Shown here: positions 40,443 through 49,955 of the stretch, in pieces
Numbering within the stretch: the stretch's first letter is position 1
Layout: each line of letters starts with the position of its first letter
NCBI GenBank assembly: GCA_007127235.1
Contig: SKZT01000068.1
Location: forward strand, 1 to 51,975
DNA: 51,975 bases
Reading direction: 5' to 3'
Origin: Desulfobacteraceae bacterium
Lineage (GTDB): Bacteria; Desulfobacterota; Desulfobacteria; Desulfobacterales; SKZT01
Made by a program: the position numbers and the translations under genes
The notes under the pieces: generated by a model
What the model was told of the DNA's origin: nothing
Seen by the model: the letters and a program-made list of their open reading frames with translations, nothing else
Databases searched by the model: none

Positions 40443-40742
40443 CTACTCTGATTTCGGGGTACTAACGGTAATGAGATCTTGATTCAGGGCGTAGGTTGCT
40501 TTGCCGATACCACTGACATTCATTAAGTCCTCAATGGTTTCAAATGGAGCGATTTTTTCTCTGTACTCAATGATACTATCGGCCTTTTGCGGGCCGATTT
40601 TATGAAGCTGCATCAACTCCGCTTTTCCAGCTGTGTTGATGTCTATTTTTCGGTTTTCTTCCGCTTGAAGCGATGTACAAAGAGTTAAAGAAAAGCACAA
40701 GGCTATAAAGAAAATGAACATTTTGCTTGCAATTTTTTTCAT
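40443..40742 (-). CDS. comEA: ComEA-family helix-hairpin-helix DNA-binding protein, exported
   Basis: Signal peptide, KIDINTAGKAEL, IGPQKADSIIEYRE, EDLMNVSGIG. Confidence 0.88.
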   Translation of the reverse strand: MKKIASKMFIFFIALCFSLTLCTSLQAEENRKIDINTAGKAELMQLHKIGPQKADSIIEYREKIAPFETIEDLMNVSGIGKATYALNQDLITVSTPKSE

Positions 40743-40900
40743 TATTTTATTCCTTTCAGATTTTTGAACAGTATTTTACCATTGATATCAATTAGGTCCT
40801 TATCTCCCTGAACATAAATCCTGAGAAAACCATCCTGAAAAAAATTATCCTGCAACGCCGTTCATGTTCATATCGGCCGAAAAACAAAAAACTTTAGAAA

Positions 40901-42121
40901 TTAATTTGTTTTTTTTACAATAAATTCCCTGATCCGGTTGCCCTCCATTTCTTTAACGGTGATATTAAATTGCCCGATAGAAAATTCTTCCTTTTCCTTG
41001 GGAATTCTGCCGATTTCATCCATAATATATCCGGAAAAAGTATCGTATTCCTTGGAATCAGGAATAAGCATTTTGATTTTTTTATTGACATCATCCACAT
41101 GGCATTTTCCGAGTACTAACCATTCGTTGCTTTTTACTTTTAAAATGTGAGGTTCCACCTTATCTGTTTCATCACAGATTTCACCAACAATTTCCTCGAG
41201 AACATCTTCGAGAGTAACCAGGCCGGAAACTCCTCCATGCTCATCGACAACGATGGCCATATGATCCTTGCGCTCTTTGAATTGGTGAAGCAGCGTATCC
41301 AGTTTCTTGTTTTCCGGGATAAAATAAGGTTTTCTCATGATGTTTCTGATGTTGGGTTTTGCTTTACCGGTTGCCACGTGCATAAAAAAATCTTTAATGT
41401 TGAGTATTCCGATAAGGTTGTCGATTTCTTTTTCAATGACCGGTATTCTGGTAAATCCGGATTTCATTATGGCTTTTAGAGCAAGTGGCTTATCGGCGTC
41501 GATAACAAACATATCCGACCGGGGGGTCATGATTTCGGAAGTGCTGGTATTGTCAAATTCAAAAATGTTTCGTATCAGTTCTTTTTCTTCCTGCTTGATC
41601 TGCCCTTCTTCTTCCACAACTTCTACAATACTGATCAACTCTTCCTCTGTGACTGTCGGACGATATTTTACTTTCCCAAGTATGAACCTTATGAAATCAA
41701 GTATTTTGATTAAAGGGAAAAAAAACTTTGAAAACCAGTACAGCGGCAGAATAACGATTCTTGCCGTTATGATATTGTTACGTGTGGCAATTGATTTGGG
41801 AAAGATTTCGCCAAAAACCAATATCAAAAGTGTCATCACACCAATTGCTATTCCTATGGCGTTGGACTCAAAGGTGTCGATGGCAATAGAAGCCGCTATG
41901 CAAGCTGAGGCTACATTGGACAAGTTATTTCCGATTAAAATGGTTGAAAGAAGTTTGTGAGGGTTATCTTTCATTTTTTTTATCAGCTTGTCAGCCCTTT
42001 TGGGGCCTTTGGCAACATATCGAGCCTTGGCACGGCTTATTGAAAAAAGGGCAATTTCCGCTGAGGAAAAAAAACCGGAAAGGAAAAGAAAAAAGAACAG
42101 AAGGACAACTTGATAATCCAT
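40901..42121 (-). CDS. Hemolysin-family CNNM/CBS/CorC transporter-associated protein
   Basis: SGFFSSAEIA, ILIGNN, FGEIFPKS, IMTPR, VVDEHGGVSGLVTLEDVLEEIVGEI. Confidence 0.93.
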   Translation of the reverse strand: MDYQVVLLFFFLFLSGFFSSAEIALFSISRAKARYVAKGPKRADKLIKKMKDNPHKLLSTILIGNNLSNVASACIAASIAIDTFESNAIGIAIGVMTLLILVFGEIFPKSIATRNNIITARIVILPLYWFSKFFFPLIKILDFIRFILGKVKYRPTVTEEELISIVEVVEEEGQIKQEEKELIRNIFEFDNTSTSEIMTPRSDMFVIDADKPLALKAIMKSGFTRIPVIEKEIDNLIGILNIKDFFMHVATGKAKPNIRNIMRKPYFIPENKKLDTLLHQFKERKDHMAIVVDEHGGVSGLVTLEDVLEEIVGEICDETDKVEPHILKVKSNEWLVLGKCHVDDVNKKIKMLIPDSKEYDTFSGYIMDEIGRIPKEKEEFSIGQFNITVKEMEGNRIREFIVKKTN

Positions 42122-42228
42122 TGAATATTGCCTCTATCCATCAGACATAAACCAGAATCTTGGATTTCTCGGCGCAATAAGGGGAGGTTGTGTTTATGTC
42201 CCAGAAATTGATCTGTAAGACTTCAGCA

Positions 42229-42843
42229 TCAAAGCAACCCGGCCCGCTGTTTAATGCGCAGCAGTCCGGGACTGTTGTTTAAATACATCAGCGATGAGCA
42301 ATAGCCGGCATCCAGAAAAATTTCCTCCAGTTGATCAAATAAAACAGGCTGGTCAGGCCACCTAAAACGTTTTTCCTGAATTTTAAATTCATTCCATTTA
42401 GCCTTTGCAGAGGGGTCTTTTTCAAAGACTTCCTTCATGGCTGTATCACACAAAAACATCTCGCAGATAATGGGTTTTATTTTCCAGATACATCCCTGCT
42501 CTCCGAGATAAATACATTTGAATGCCCTATCCATATCGTTTGATATGACTGACTCGATTCTGTCAAGGTCATCTTCCGAGGAAACCAGGGCGTTGATAAC
42601 CATGTCAGCAAAAAACGTGACAATACCCTCTTTGCCGCAACAGGCACTCAACCGGTTTTGGTAACACTTTAATTGGCAAACATGGCCGAAATAATGAACC
42701 AGAAAAGAATCGACCTGTTTACGGAAAGAAAAATACTCAGATGCCATCGTCAAAAGATTTTCTTTTTCCCTTTGCTTTGATGGGGACAAATACTGCCGGA
42801 TGATTCTCAGCGACTCAGCTTGTTCTTTTTGGTAGTCGTTCAT
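42229..42843 (-). CDS. Cys-rich hypothetical protein (YkgJ-like metal/Fe-S binding pattern)
   Basis: CQLKC...ACC and CIYL...GC...KPIICEMFLC. Confidence 0.65.
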   Translation of the reverse strand: MNDYQKEQAESLRIIRQYLSPSKQREKENLLTMASEYFSFRKQVDSFLVHYFGHVCQLKCYQNRLSACCGKEGIVTFFADMVINALVSSEDDLDRIESVISNDMDRAFKCIYLGEQGCIWKIKPIICEMFLCDTAMKEVFEKDPSAKAKWNEFKIQEKRFRWPDQPVLFDQLEEIFLDAGYCSSLMYLNNSPGLLRIKQRAGLL

Positions 42844-42926
42844 AAAGACATATGATATAGGATGCCGTCAATTTTTATTCCGCTTATTAATAATTCACTT
42901 ATTTTTTGCAATTCTGGCATTCAAAA

Positions 42927-43400
42927 TCACATAATAGCACTTGTATCTTCTTGCACCGTATTTTTGTGGCCATTATTACCGATATATTCTTCAATGGCCT
43001 TCTGTAATGTTTTAACGGCAAGTCGGATACAATGTTGTTTCTGGTCGGGCAAATCCTCAAGCAAACGAAAAACATCGCGATCAGTGAGTTTTTTTGCTTC
43101 ATCCAGCGTTTTACCTTTTACCAGGTCAACAGCGGCCATTGCGGCTGCAATGGCACCGGGACACCCTAATACCTGATAACGTACATCCTGAATGTGATCG
43201 GTTTCATCCAGTTTGAAAAAGATTTTCATGGTATCGCCGCAATGTCCTGTAAGTTCACTCACCTGATCAGGGTGTTCTATGTTGCCCATGTAAGGTCTTT
43301 CCATATAGTATCGGATAGCCTTGTCAGAATATCCTGAATCCGAAAGCATCTCATGGATACCTTCAGCATTATTGGGATCAAAAACTTGCATGTTGTTCAT
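42927..43400 (-). CDS. IscU/NifU N-terminal-like Fe-S scaffold protein
   Basis: GHCGDTMKI, LGCPGAIAA, LPDQKQHC; GGAGG SD before ATG 43400. Confidence 0.88.
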   Translation of the reverse strand: MNNMQVFDPNNAEGIHEMLSDSGYSDKAIRYYMERPYMGNIEHPDQVSELTGHCGDTMKIFFKLDETDHIQDVRYQVLGCPGAIAAAMAAVDLVKGKTLDEAKKLTDRDVFRLLEDLPDQKQHCIRLAVKTLQKAIEEYIGNNGHKNTVQEDTSAIM

Positions 43401-43523
43401 TTTGCCTCCATTGATTATCAAATTCAGACCGCTGACATTGGATTAAAACATATCCTTATAGGGCTTCTGTAATAAATGGTCAAGGTAATATATATTTTTT
43501 TGTAAAATTTCAACGGGGTTTTT

Positions 43524-44039
43524 TCAGGTCCTGTTAATGTTTTGAAGCTCCTTTAACAGCAATTCGAGAGCTGCCTGTGCAAAAGCGTCTTTGTTTTGAA
43601 GCCGGTTCAATGATGAGAAACACAACCGGCGCCCTATGGTTTTTCGAGGGGTTGCCAAACCGATACAGACAGTTCCTACAGGTTTTTCAATGGTTCCGCC
43701 GGATGGGCCGGCTATGCCGGTAGTCGAAAGAGCGTAGGTTGAGTTTCCAATCCGCCTGGCCCCTTCCGCCATTTCTTTTGCAGTTTGTACATGGACTGCT
43801 CCGAGGTTTTGAATTGTTTCAGCTAAAACGCCCAACAATTTTATTTTCGATTCATTGGAATAGGTAACAGCGGAAAAAATAAAGTAACGGGAACTTCCTG
43901 CAATATTTGTCAAGCGATGTGCCATGAGGCCTCCTGTGCAACTTTCCGCTAAAGCGATTGTTGCATTCTGTGCCGATAGATACCTGGCAACCTCATCTTC
44001 GACTGTTTCCCGGCTATTGGAATTTTCTGTTTGAACCAC
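43524..44039 (-). CDS. pncC: CinA C-terminal domain / NMN deamidase
   Basis: IALAESCTGGL, VTYSNESK, STTGIAGPSGGT, KPVGTV; likely GTG start at 44039 (the longer ORF overlaps the trp promoter and leader). Confidence 0.88.
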   Translation of the reverse strand: MVQTENSNSRETVEDEVARYLSAQNATIALAESCTGGLMAHRLTNIAGSSRYFIFSAVTYSNESKIKLLGVLAETIQNLGAVHVQTAKEMAEGARRIGNSTYALSTTGIAGPSGGTIEKPVGTVCIGLATPRKTIGRRLCFSSLNRLQNKDAFAQAALELLLKELQNINRT

Positions 44040-44094
44040 GTGTTTTTCCCCCGTTTTTTGAGACCTTGTGTAAGACCAATTCACAATAAAAAGC

Positions 44095-44123
44095 TTGACA
44101 AAAAAAAGTACTGTCGCTAAAAA
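44095..44123 (+). promoter_or_regulatory. Putative sigma70 promoter of the trp operon
   Basis: TTGACA-17 nt-TAAAAA just upstream of the leader peptide. Confidence 0.6.
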
Positions 44124-44149
44124 AGCAAAATAATAATATGGAGAACAAA

Positions 44150-44245
44150 GTGTGTACTGAAAAAATCGTAACGTCAATGAAAAAATATGCTGGTCGCTGT
44201 TGGTGGTGGCAGGCCCAATCAAGAGGGTGTGCCGACGGAATTTGA
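44150..44245 (+). CDS. trpL: trp operon leader peptide (three tandem Trp codons)
   Basis: GGAG SD then GTG: MCTEKIVTSMKKYAGRCWWWQAQSRGCADGI-stop; alternative in-frame ATGs at 44138 and 44177. Confidence 0.85.
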   Translation: MCTEKIVTSMKKYAGRCWWWQAQSRGCADGI

Positions 44246-44274
44246 CAGTGCCGATTTAGGGATCATAACAAATA

Positions 44275-44352
44275 AAAAGACCGTGGGCGATATAATCCAC
44301 GGTCTTTTCAATTTTTGGAGGCTGTGGAATTTTTCACGGCCTCTTGTTTTTT
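44275..44352 (+). terminator. trp attenuator: two tandem terminator-like hairpins
   Basis: AAAAGACCGTGG-10 nt-CCACGGTCTTTT (44275-44308) and GAGGCTGTGG...TCACGGCCTC followed by TTGTTTTTT (44318-44352). Confidence 0.8.
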
Positions 44353-44371
44353 GAAAGAAAGGAACAGGGTG

Positions 44372-45853
44372 ATGAAAATCCGGCAATTTCCCACCAAAGA
44401 GCAGTTTGTTGAGCTTGCTGGTGAAAAAAATGTTATTCCGGTGTGTATCGAGATCCTGGCGGATACGGAGACTCCCGTGAGTCTTTTGAAAAAAATCAGG
44501 AATTATCAAAAACCGGTATTTCTTTTTGAAAGTGTGGAAGGCGGTGAGCGATGGGGTCGCTATAGTTTTCTGGGAACCAGTGCACGCAGCCACATCCGGA
44601 TATATTCCCATGTGGTTAAAATTACCGATAATGCACAGGAAAGAACAATCGAACACGGGGGAAAACCTTTTGACGTGCTGAAAAAAATAATGAGCCGATA
44701 CAATCCGGCTCAATTGCCAGGCCTGCCGCGTTTCTGGGGAGGATTGGTGGGGTATTTAACTTATGAGAGCGTGTCCTTTTTCGAACGTATTCCTCATCAA
44801 TGGCCCAGCGATAAACCATTGGCCAATTTTATTATCCCCGATGAACTGATTATTTTCGATAACATTCGCCATACGTTGATGGCTATTGTGGTTACTTTTC
44901 CCCAGGAAACGAAAAATGCGGCTGCAGAATATGAGCTTGCCATAGGAAGAATCGAGAAGTTGTTAGAGGTGATGGGCAAATCCTTGTTTGACCCGGAGGC
45001 TGAAAAAGTATCTTCATCCCATAAATTAAGCACCTCTATAACCCCCCCTCAGTTCAGGGAAATGGTCCGGAGTGTAAAACGCTATATTGCCGCCGGAGAT
45101 ATCATTCAGGCGGTTATCTCCCAGCCTTTTTCATGTGACACGGTTCCGGATTTATGGAATCTTTACCGTGCCCAGCGGTTTGTCAATCCGTCTCCTTACC
45201 TTTATTTTATGGAGATGGACGACATGGCTCTGGTGGGTTCTTCCCCGGAAACAATGGTGCGTCTGGAAAACCGTGTGGCGACTGTCCGCCCTATTGCGGG
45301 TACACGGGCAAGAGGAAAAAATGAACAGGAAGACCGGGCTTTGGCCGATGAACTTTTAAAAGATGAAAAGGAGCGTGCTGAACATCTGATGCTTGTGGAT
45401 TTGGGCAGAAATGATCTGGGCCGTGTGGCTGAAATCGGTTCGGTTCAGGTCACTGATCTTATGGTTGTCGAGCGTTATTCCCATGTGATGCACCTTGTGT
45501 CCAATATTTGCGGCGATTTGCGACCCGACTGTGATGCTTTTGATCTTTTGGCCGCAACTTTTCCGGCAGGAACCCTTTCAGGAGCTCCAAAAATTAGAGC
45601 CATGGAAATAATCTTCGAAATGGAAAAAGATCCCAGGGGACCTTATGGAGGTGCCATCGGATATATTTCTTTTAGTGGAAACATGGATATGGCAATAACC
45701 ATCCGAACCGCCTGCATAGAAAACAACCGGTTGACCGTACGTGCCGGTGCCGGTATTGTGGCCGATTCAGACCCTGAACATGAACGGGTGGAAACCGTTA
45801 ACAAAGCCATGGCTATTCAGAAGGCTTTGGAGCTGGTTGAACAAAGCAATTAG
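44372..45853 (+). CDS. trpE: Anthranilate synthase component I
   Basis: FLFESVEGGERWGRYSF, NPSPY, GSSPE, RPIAGT, AEHLMLVDLGRND, FPAGTLSGAPK. Confidence 0.97.
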   Translation: MKIRQFPTKEQFVELAGEKNVIPVCIEILADTETPVSLLKKIRNYQKPVFLFESVEGGERWGRYSFLGTSARSHIRIYSHVVKITDNAQERTIEHGGKPFDVLKKIMSRYNPAQLPGLPRFWGGLVGYLTYESVSFFERIPHQWPSDKPLANFIIPDELIIFDNIRHTLMAIVVTFPQETKNAAAEYELAIGRIEKLLEVMGKSLFDPEAEKVSSSHKLSTSITPPQFREMVRSVKRYIAAGDIIQAVISQPFSCDTVPDLWNLYRAQRFVNPSPYLYFMEMDDMALVGSSPETMVRLENRVATVRPIAGTRARGKNEQEDRALADELLKDEKERAEHLMLVDLGRNDLGRVAEIGSVQVTDLMVVERYSHVMHLVSNICGDLRPDCDAFDLLAATFPAGTLSGAPKIRAMEIIFEMEKDPRGPYGGAIGYISFSGNMDMAITIRTACIENNRLTVRAGAGIVADSDPEHERVETVNKAMAIQKALELVEQSN

Positions 45854-45871
45854 TCTCGGGAGACCATAGAA

Positions 45872-46447
45872 ATGATTTTAATGATTGATAATTATGATTC
45901 CTTTACTTACAATCTTGTTCAATATCTCGGGCAAATCGGTGCCGATGTTAAAGTTGTGCGAAATGATGTTGTTGATGTATCCGAACTGACAACCTGGGAT
46001 ATTCAAGCTATTGTTATTTCTCCTGGACCTGGTGTGCCTGAGACAGCCGGTATTTCTGTTTCTGTCATTCAACACTATTCCGGAAAACTACCCATTTTGG
46101 GAGTCTGTCTGGGGCATCAGTCGATTGGATACGCTTTTGGCGGTAAGGTAATCCGTGCAAAGCGGCTCATGCATGGTAAAACTTCGGTTGTTACGGCGGA
46201 TGGTAAAAGTATCTATGAAGGAATCAAAAAGCCCTTTCAGGCCATGAGGTATCATTCGCTGGTGGTATCCAAAGAAGATTTTCCGGATTGTCTTGAAATT
46301 ACTGCAGAATCAGAGGACGGAGAGATTATGGGAATTCGGCACCGGAGTCATCCAACCGAAGGTATCCAGTTTCATCCCGAATCCATCATGACTCCGGTTG
46401 GGAAACGATTGTTAAGAAATTTTGTGAAGCAGATAAAAAAGCAATAG
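45872..46447 (+). CDS. trpG: Anthranilate synthase component II (glutamine amidotransferase)
   Basis: IDNYDSFTYNL, SPGPG, GVCLGHQ, RYHSL, QFHPES. Confidence 0.97.
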   Translation: MILMIDNYDSFTYNLVQYLGQIGADVKVVRNDVVDVSELTTWDIQAIVISPGPGVPETAGISVSVIQHYSGKLPILGVCLGHQSIGYAFGGKVIRAKRLMHGKTSVVTADGKSIYEGIKKPFQAMRYHSLVVSKEDFPDCLEITAESEDGEIMGIRHRSHPTEGIQFHPESIMTPVGKRLLRNFVKQIKKQ

Positions 46448-46462
46448 AGGGGATTATGTATT

Positions 46463-47479
46463 ATGTTTCGAGAAAACCTGATTAAAATTGTGCAGAAAAA
46501 GGATTTAACGGAAGAAGAGATGTCGGAGATGATTACCGATATTTTTTCGGGAGATATTACGGATGCCCAGATTGGAGCCATGATGGCAGCTTTGGCCACA
46601 AAAGGAGAAACCTTCGAGGAACTGGCAGGTGCTGCTAAAGCCATGCGCAGAAAGGCCGTTCGGATTCATTCTTCGGCTTCCACCGTGGTGGATACTTGCG
46701 GAACCGGAGGAGATCAGGCAGATACATTCAATATCTCCACCACCACCGCTTTTGTTGTGGCAGGAGCCGGGGTCACAGTGGCCAAACACGGAAACAGATC
46801 TGTTTCCAGCCAGTCTGGAAGCGCTGATCTTTTGGAAGTACTGGGAATGAAACTGGATATTGAACCCGAACTGGTGGAAGAGGCAATCGAAGAAATCGGT
46901 ATTGGGTTTCTTTTTGCTCCGGTTTACCATGGTGCCATGAAACATGCGGGCAAAGCGCGGAAGGAAGTCGGAATCCGCAGCATTTTCAACATGCTGGGAC
47001 CATTAACCAACCCGGCGGGTGCCAATTGCCAGCTGCTGGGTGTTTATGCTCCGGAACTGACTGAAATGTTCGCCCAGGCACTTCGACTCCTGAAATCCCG
47101 CAGAGCATTTGTTGTCCACGGTCATGAAGGGCTCGATGAAATATCGGTTTGTGCTCCCACAAGGGTTTCGGAACTCAAAGACGGACTTATTCAGACATAT
47201 GACATTCATCCTGAAAACTATTTTGGTGATTTGGCTTCTGCCGAAGATATCCGGGGAGGGCAGCCCAAGGAAAATGCACAGATTACCTTAGCCATTTTCG
47301 ATGGTGAAAAAGGGCCCTGCCGAAATGTTGTTTTGATCAATGCGGCTGCCGCACTGGTGGCTGCGGGGATGGCATCGGATTTTAGCGAAGGAATCAATTT
47401 TGCCCAAAAAAGTATCGACGGTGGTGCTGCAAAAGATAAGCTGAATTCCCTGATTCGTTTCACGCAGGAAAATGGTTAA
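46463..47479 (+). CDS. trpD: Anthranilate phosphoribosyltransferase
   Basis: DTCGTGGD, FNISTT, KHGNRSVSS, FNMLGPLTNP, GLDE. Confidence 0.98.
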   Translation: MFRENLIKIVQKKDLTEEEMSEMITDIFSGDITDAQIGAMMAALATKGETFEELAGAAKAMRRKAVRIHSSASTVVDTCGTGGDQADTFNISTTTAFVVAGAGVTVAKHGNRSVSSQSGSADLLEVLGMKLDIEPELVEEAIEEIGIGFLFAPVYHGAMKHAGKARKEVGIRSIFNMLGPLTNPAGANCQLLGVYAPELTEMFAQALRLLKSRRAFVVHGHEGLDEISVCAPTRVSELKDGLIQTYDIHPENYFGDLASAEDIRGGQPKENAQITLAIFDGEKGPCRNVVLINAAAALVAAGMASDFSEGINFAQKSIDGGAAKDKLNSLIRFTQENG

Positions 47480-47499
47480 GTATTAGGGGAAATATTATT

Positions 47500-48303
47500 A
47501 TGAGCAAGGATTTTCTCTCCAAAATTATCGACCAAAAAAAACAGGAGCTGATCGAGGCCAAAGCACGAATTCCCGAAAGTGCACTTTATCATGAAGCATT
47601 CAGCAATCATGATCGCAGAGCTTTTTTTGAACCGCTAAAACGCCCCGGTATTAACATAATTGCCGAAATCAAACGCGCATCTCCTTCAAAAGGGCCTATT
47701 AATATTGATCTGGACCCGGCATCCCTTGCAAAGGCTTATGAAAAAGGCGGCGCGGTGGCCCTTTCCGTTTTAACGGAAAAGCAGTTTTTTATGGGTTCCT
47801 CGAAAGATTTGAAAATTGCCAGGGCCGCAACGGCTTTGCCCGTACTCAGAAAAGACTTTATCATTTCCGAATATCAGATATATGAATCCGTTGTAATGGG
47901 AGCTGATGCTGTCCTGCTTATTGTCAGATGCCTTTTTGAGTCTCAGTTGAAAGAGCTGATTGCATTAACTGCCGAGCTGAAACTTGATGCCCTGGTGGAA
48001 ATTCATACGGAAAAAGACCTTGAGACGGCAACCAAAGCCGGTGCAAAGATTATCGGCATTAACAACCGGAACCTTCAAACCTTTGAAACCGATCTTGCAA
48101 CGGCCATGCACCTGGTTTCTTTATTCAAAAAGGATCAGACTCCCGTTGCGGCCAGTGGCATCGAAAACAGGGAAAACATCGAAGCCAACCTGAAATTCGG
48201 CATCAACAATTTTCTCATCGGAGAAAGTCTGGTGAAGGCAAAAGATCCCACAGGCTTTCTTTTTAAACTGAGAGGAAATAACAGGCTTGACACCTCAAAT
48301 TAA
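47500..48303 (+). CDS. trpC: Indole-3-glycerol phosphate synthase
   Basis: IIAEIKRASPSKG, SVLTE, LRKDFI, GINNRNL. Confidence 0.97.
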   Translation: MSKDFLSKIIDQKKQELIEAKARIPESALYHEAFSNHDRRAFFEPLKRPGINIIAEIKRASPSKGPINIDLDPASLAKAYEKGGAVALSVLTEKQFFMGSSKDLKIARAATALPVLRKDFIISEYQIYESVVMGADAVLLIVRCLFESQLKELIALTAELKLDALVEIHTEKDLETATKAGAKIIGINNRNLQTFETDLATAMHLVSLFKKDQTPVAASGIENRENIEANLKFGINNFLIGESLVKAKDPTGFLFKLRGNNRLDTSN

Positions 48304-48955
48304 AATCTGCGGACTAACTAAAACGGATGAAGCCCTAAAATGCGCGGAACTTGGTGCAAATGCCATCGGCATGATTTTTTATGATAAAAGTCCCAGGTTC
48401 ATATCCGATTTCCAGGCCCGGAAAATTTGCGATGCACTTCCGGATACGATCCAGAAAGTCGGTGTATTTGTAAATAAATCCTTTGAAAACATAATGAAAA
48501 AAGTCAAAGCATGCGGTTTGACAGGAATACAGCTTCATGGGCAGGAATTACCTGCGTTGATTGATCGCTTGATGGCCGAAAACCTTCTGGTTATCAAAGC
48601 CCTTTTTGTTGAAAAAAAACCAAATATTTCTGATGTGTCCTCTTTCAGGGCAAGCGCATATCTAGTGGAGTGTGGAAAGGGCAAACTTCCCGGCGGAAAT
48701 GCCTTGGTGTGGAACTGGTCACAAACCCTGGATTTTGGAAAAAAATATCCTTTTATCCTGGCGGGAGGACTGGATCCAAATAATGTGATTCAAGCCATTG
48801 AAGAAAGCATGCCGGATGCTGTGGATGTCAGCTCGGGTGTGGAAAATTCTCCGGGTCAAAAAGATATGAAAAAAGTAAGTGTTTTTATTAAAGCAGCCCA
48901 TGGTGTTTCAAGAAAATATATGCTACAAAAAAAGAACATAAGGAATATTTTTTAG
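48287..48955 (+). CDS. trpF: Phosphoribosylanthranilate isomerase
   Basis: IKICGLT, VGVFVN, IQLHG, ILAGGL, VDVSSGVE; overlaps the trpC end. Confidence 0.96.
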   Translation: MTPQIKICGLTKTDEALKCAELGANAIGMIFYDKSPRFISDFQARKICDALPDTIQKVGVFVNKSFENIMKKVKACGLTGIQLHGQELPALIDRLMAENLLVIKALFVEKKPNISDVSSFRASAYLVECGKGKLPGGNALVWNWSQTLDFGKKYPFILAGGLDPNNVIQAIEESMPDAVDVSSGVENSPGQKDMKKVSVFIKAAHGVSRKYMLQKKNIRNIF

Positions 48956-49036
48956 ACACAATGACCTTATGGTCGGTCAATTTTTTTATCCAGACGAGTG
49001 CTTGTGCAGCACTATGTTTTTTCGGGGAAATATCTG

Positions 49037-49507
49037 ATGAAAATATGGAAATATTTAAGTGCCAACAAGATATTTTTGGACATTGCGCTGGAAAATAAAG
49101 AAAAATTGATTCAGTTTCTTGCACAAATTCCTGAAAAATTGGGTTATGCAGCTTCTATGGATGATGTTGCCGAAAGGTTAAGAAATCGCGAAAAAACCAT
49201 GAGTACCGGAATCGGCAACGGTGTGGCCATACCTCATGCCGTGCATCCAAATATTGCCGATCCTATCCTGGTATTTGTCCGGCCCGAATCCCCCCTGGAA
49301 TTTGATGCTCTGGATAATGAACCTGTTGACATCATATTTGGTTTAATCATGCCTGAAAGAAAAACTCACCTGCATATCCGGCTTCTTGCCGGCATTTCCA
49401 GGCTTTGTAAAAATCAGGCATTTGCGGAGGCTGCTCGAACCATCAATGATCCGGTGATTCTTCTTGAGAATATCCGTGCATTGGAAAAAGATATGGCCTT
49501 TCACTAA
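49037..49507 (+). CDS. PTS EIIA (Ntr/fructose-type) domain protein
   Basis: REKTMSTGIGNGVAIPHA phospho-His motif, FDALDNEPV, HIRLLA. Confidence 0.9.
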   Translation: MKIWKYLSANKIFLDIALENKEKLIQFLAQIPEKLGYAASMDDVAERLRNREKTMSTGIGNGVAIPHAVHPNIADPILVFVRPESPLEFDALDNEPVDIIFGLIMPERKTHLHIRLLAGISRLCKNQAFAEAARTINDPVILLENIRALEKDMAFH

Positions 49508-49541
49508 TTTTGCTGAATTTAAATGATATGGGTAATCATAA

Positions 49542-49925
49542 GTGTATCTGCTGATTGTTGTCATCAATGACGAGGATCTTTTGGAAGATTTAATCACCGG
49601 TTGGCTGGACATCGGTATTACCGGAGCTACGGTCATGGAAAGTACCGATTTGCTTCAGCTCATCAGCCACCATATTCCAATCTTTGCCGGTTTCAGAAGT
49701 TTCGCAGGAGCCGGAGTTCAAAGTAATAAAACAATGTTGATTGGAATTGAAAAAAAACAAGTCCTCGATGACGCTGTTGAATTTTTGGAAAGTACATGCA
49801 AAAAAAATCATAAACCCTCACAGGGAGTTTATTTCATAATTCCACTTATCAGGTTTTGCCGTCTGGGTACTGAACTGTCTGCTTCGGAATTGCTGGATCA
49901 TTTGGAAAAAAAACTCGGGGGATAG
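49542..49925 (+). CDS. PII-superfamily-like hypothetical protein
   Basis: LLIVVIN...IGITGATVMES...PIFAGFR...GVYFIIP resembles the GlnB-like fold; family assignment is inference. Confidence 0.6.
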   Translation: MYLLIVVINDEDLLEDLITGWLDIGITGATVMESTDLLQLISHHIPIFAGFRSFAGAGVQSNKTMLIGIEKKQVLDDAVEFLESTCKKNHKPSQGVYFIIPLIRFCRLGTELSASELLDHLEKKLGG

Positions 49926-49955
49926 TGACTCTATCAACCAATCACCCCAAATTTG

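Noticed and set aside
44040-44222. Hydrophobic N-terminal extension of PncC/CinA in the ORF track
   Set aside because: It is the antisense of the trp promoter and leader; GTG 44039 with a GGGG SD is the more plausible start.
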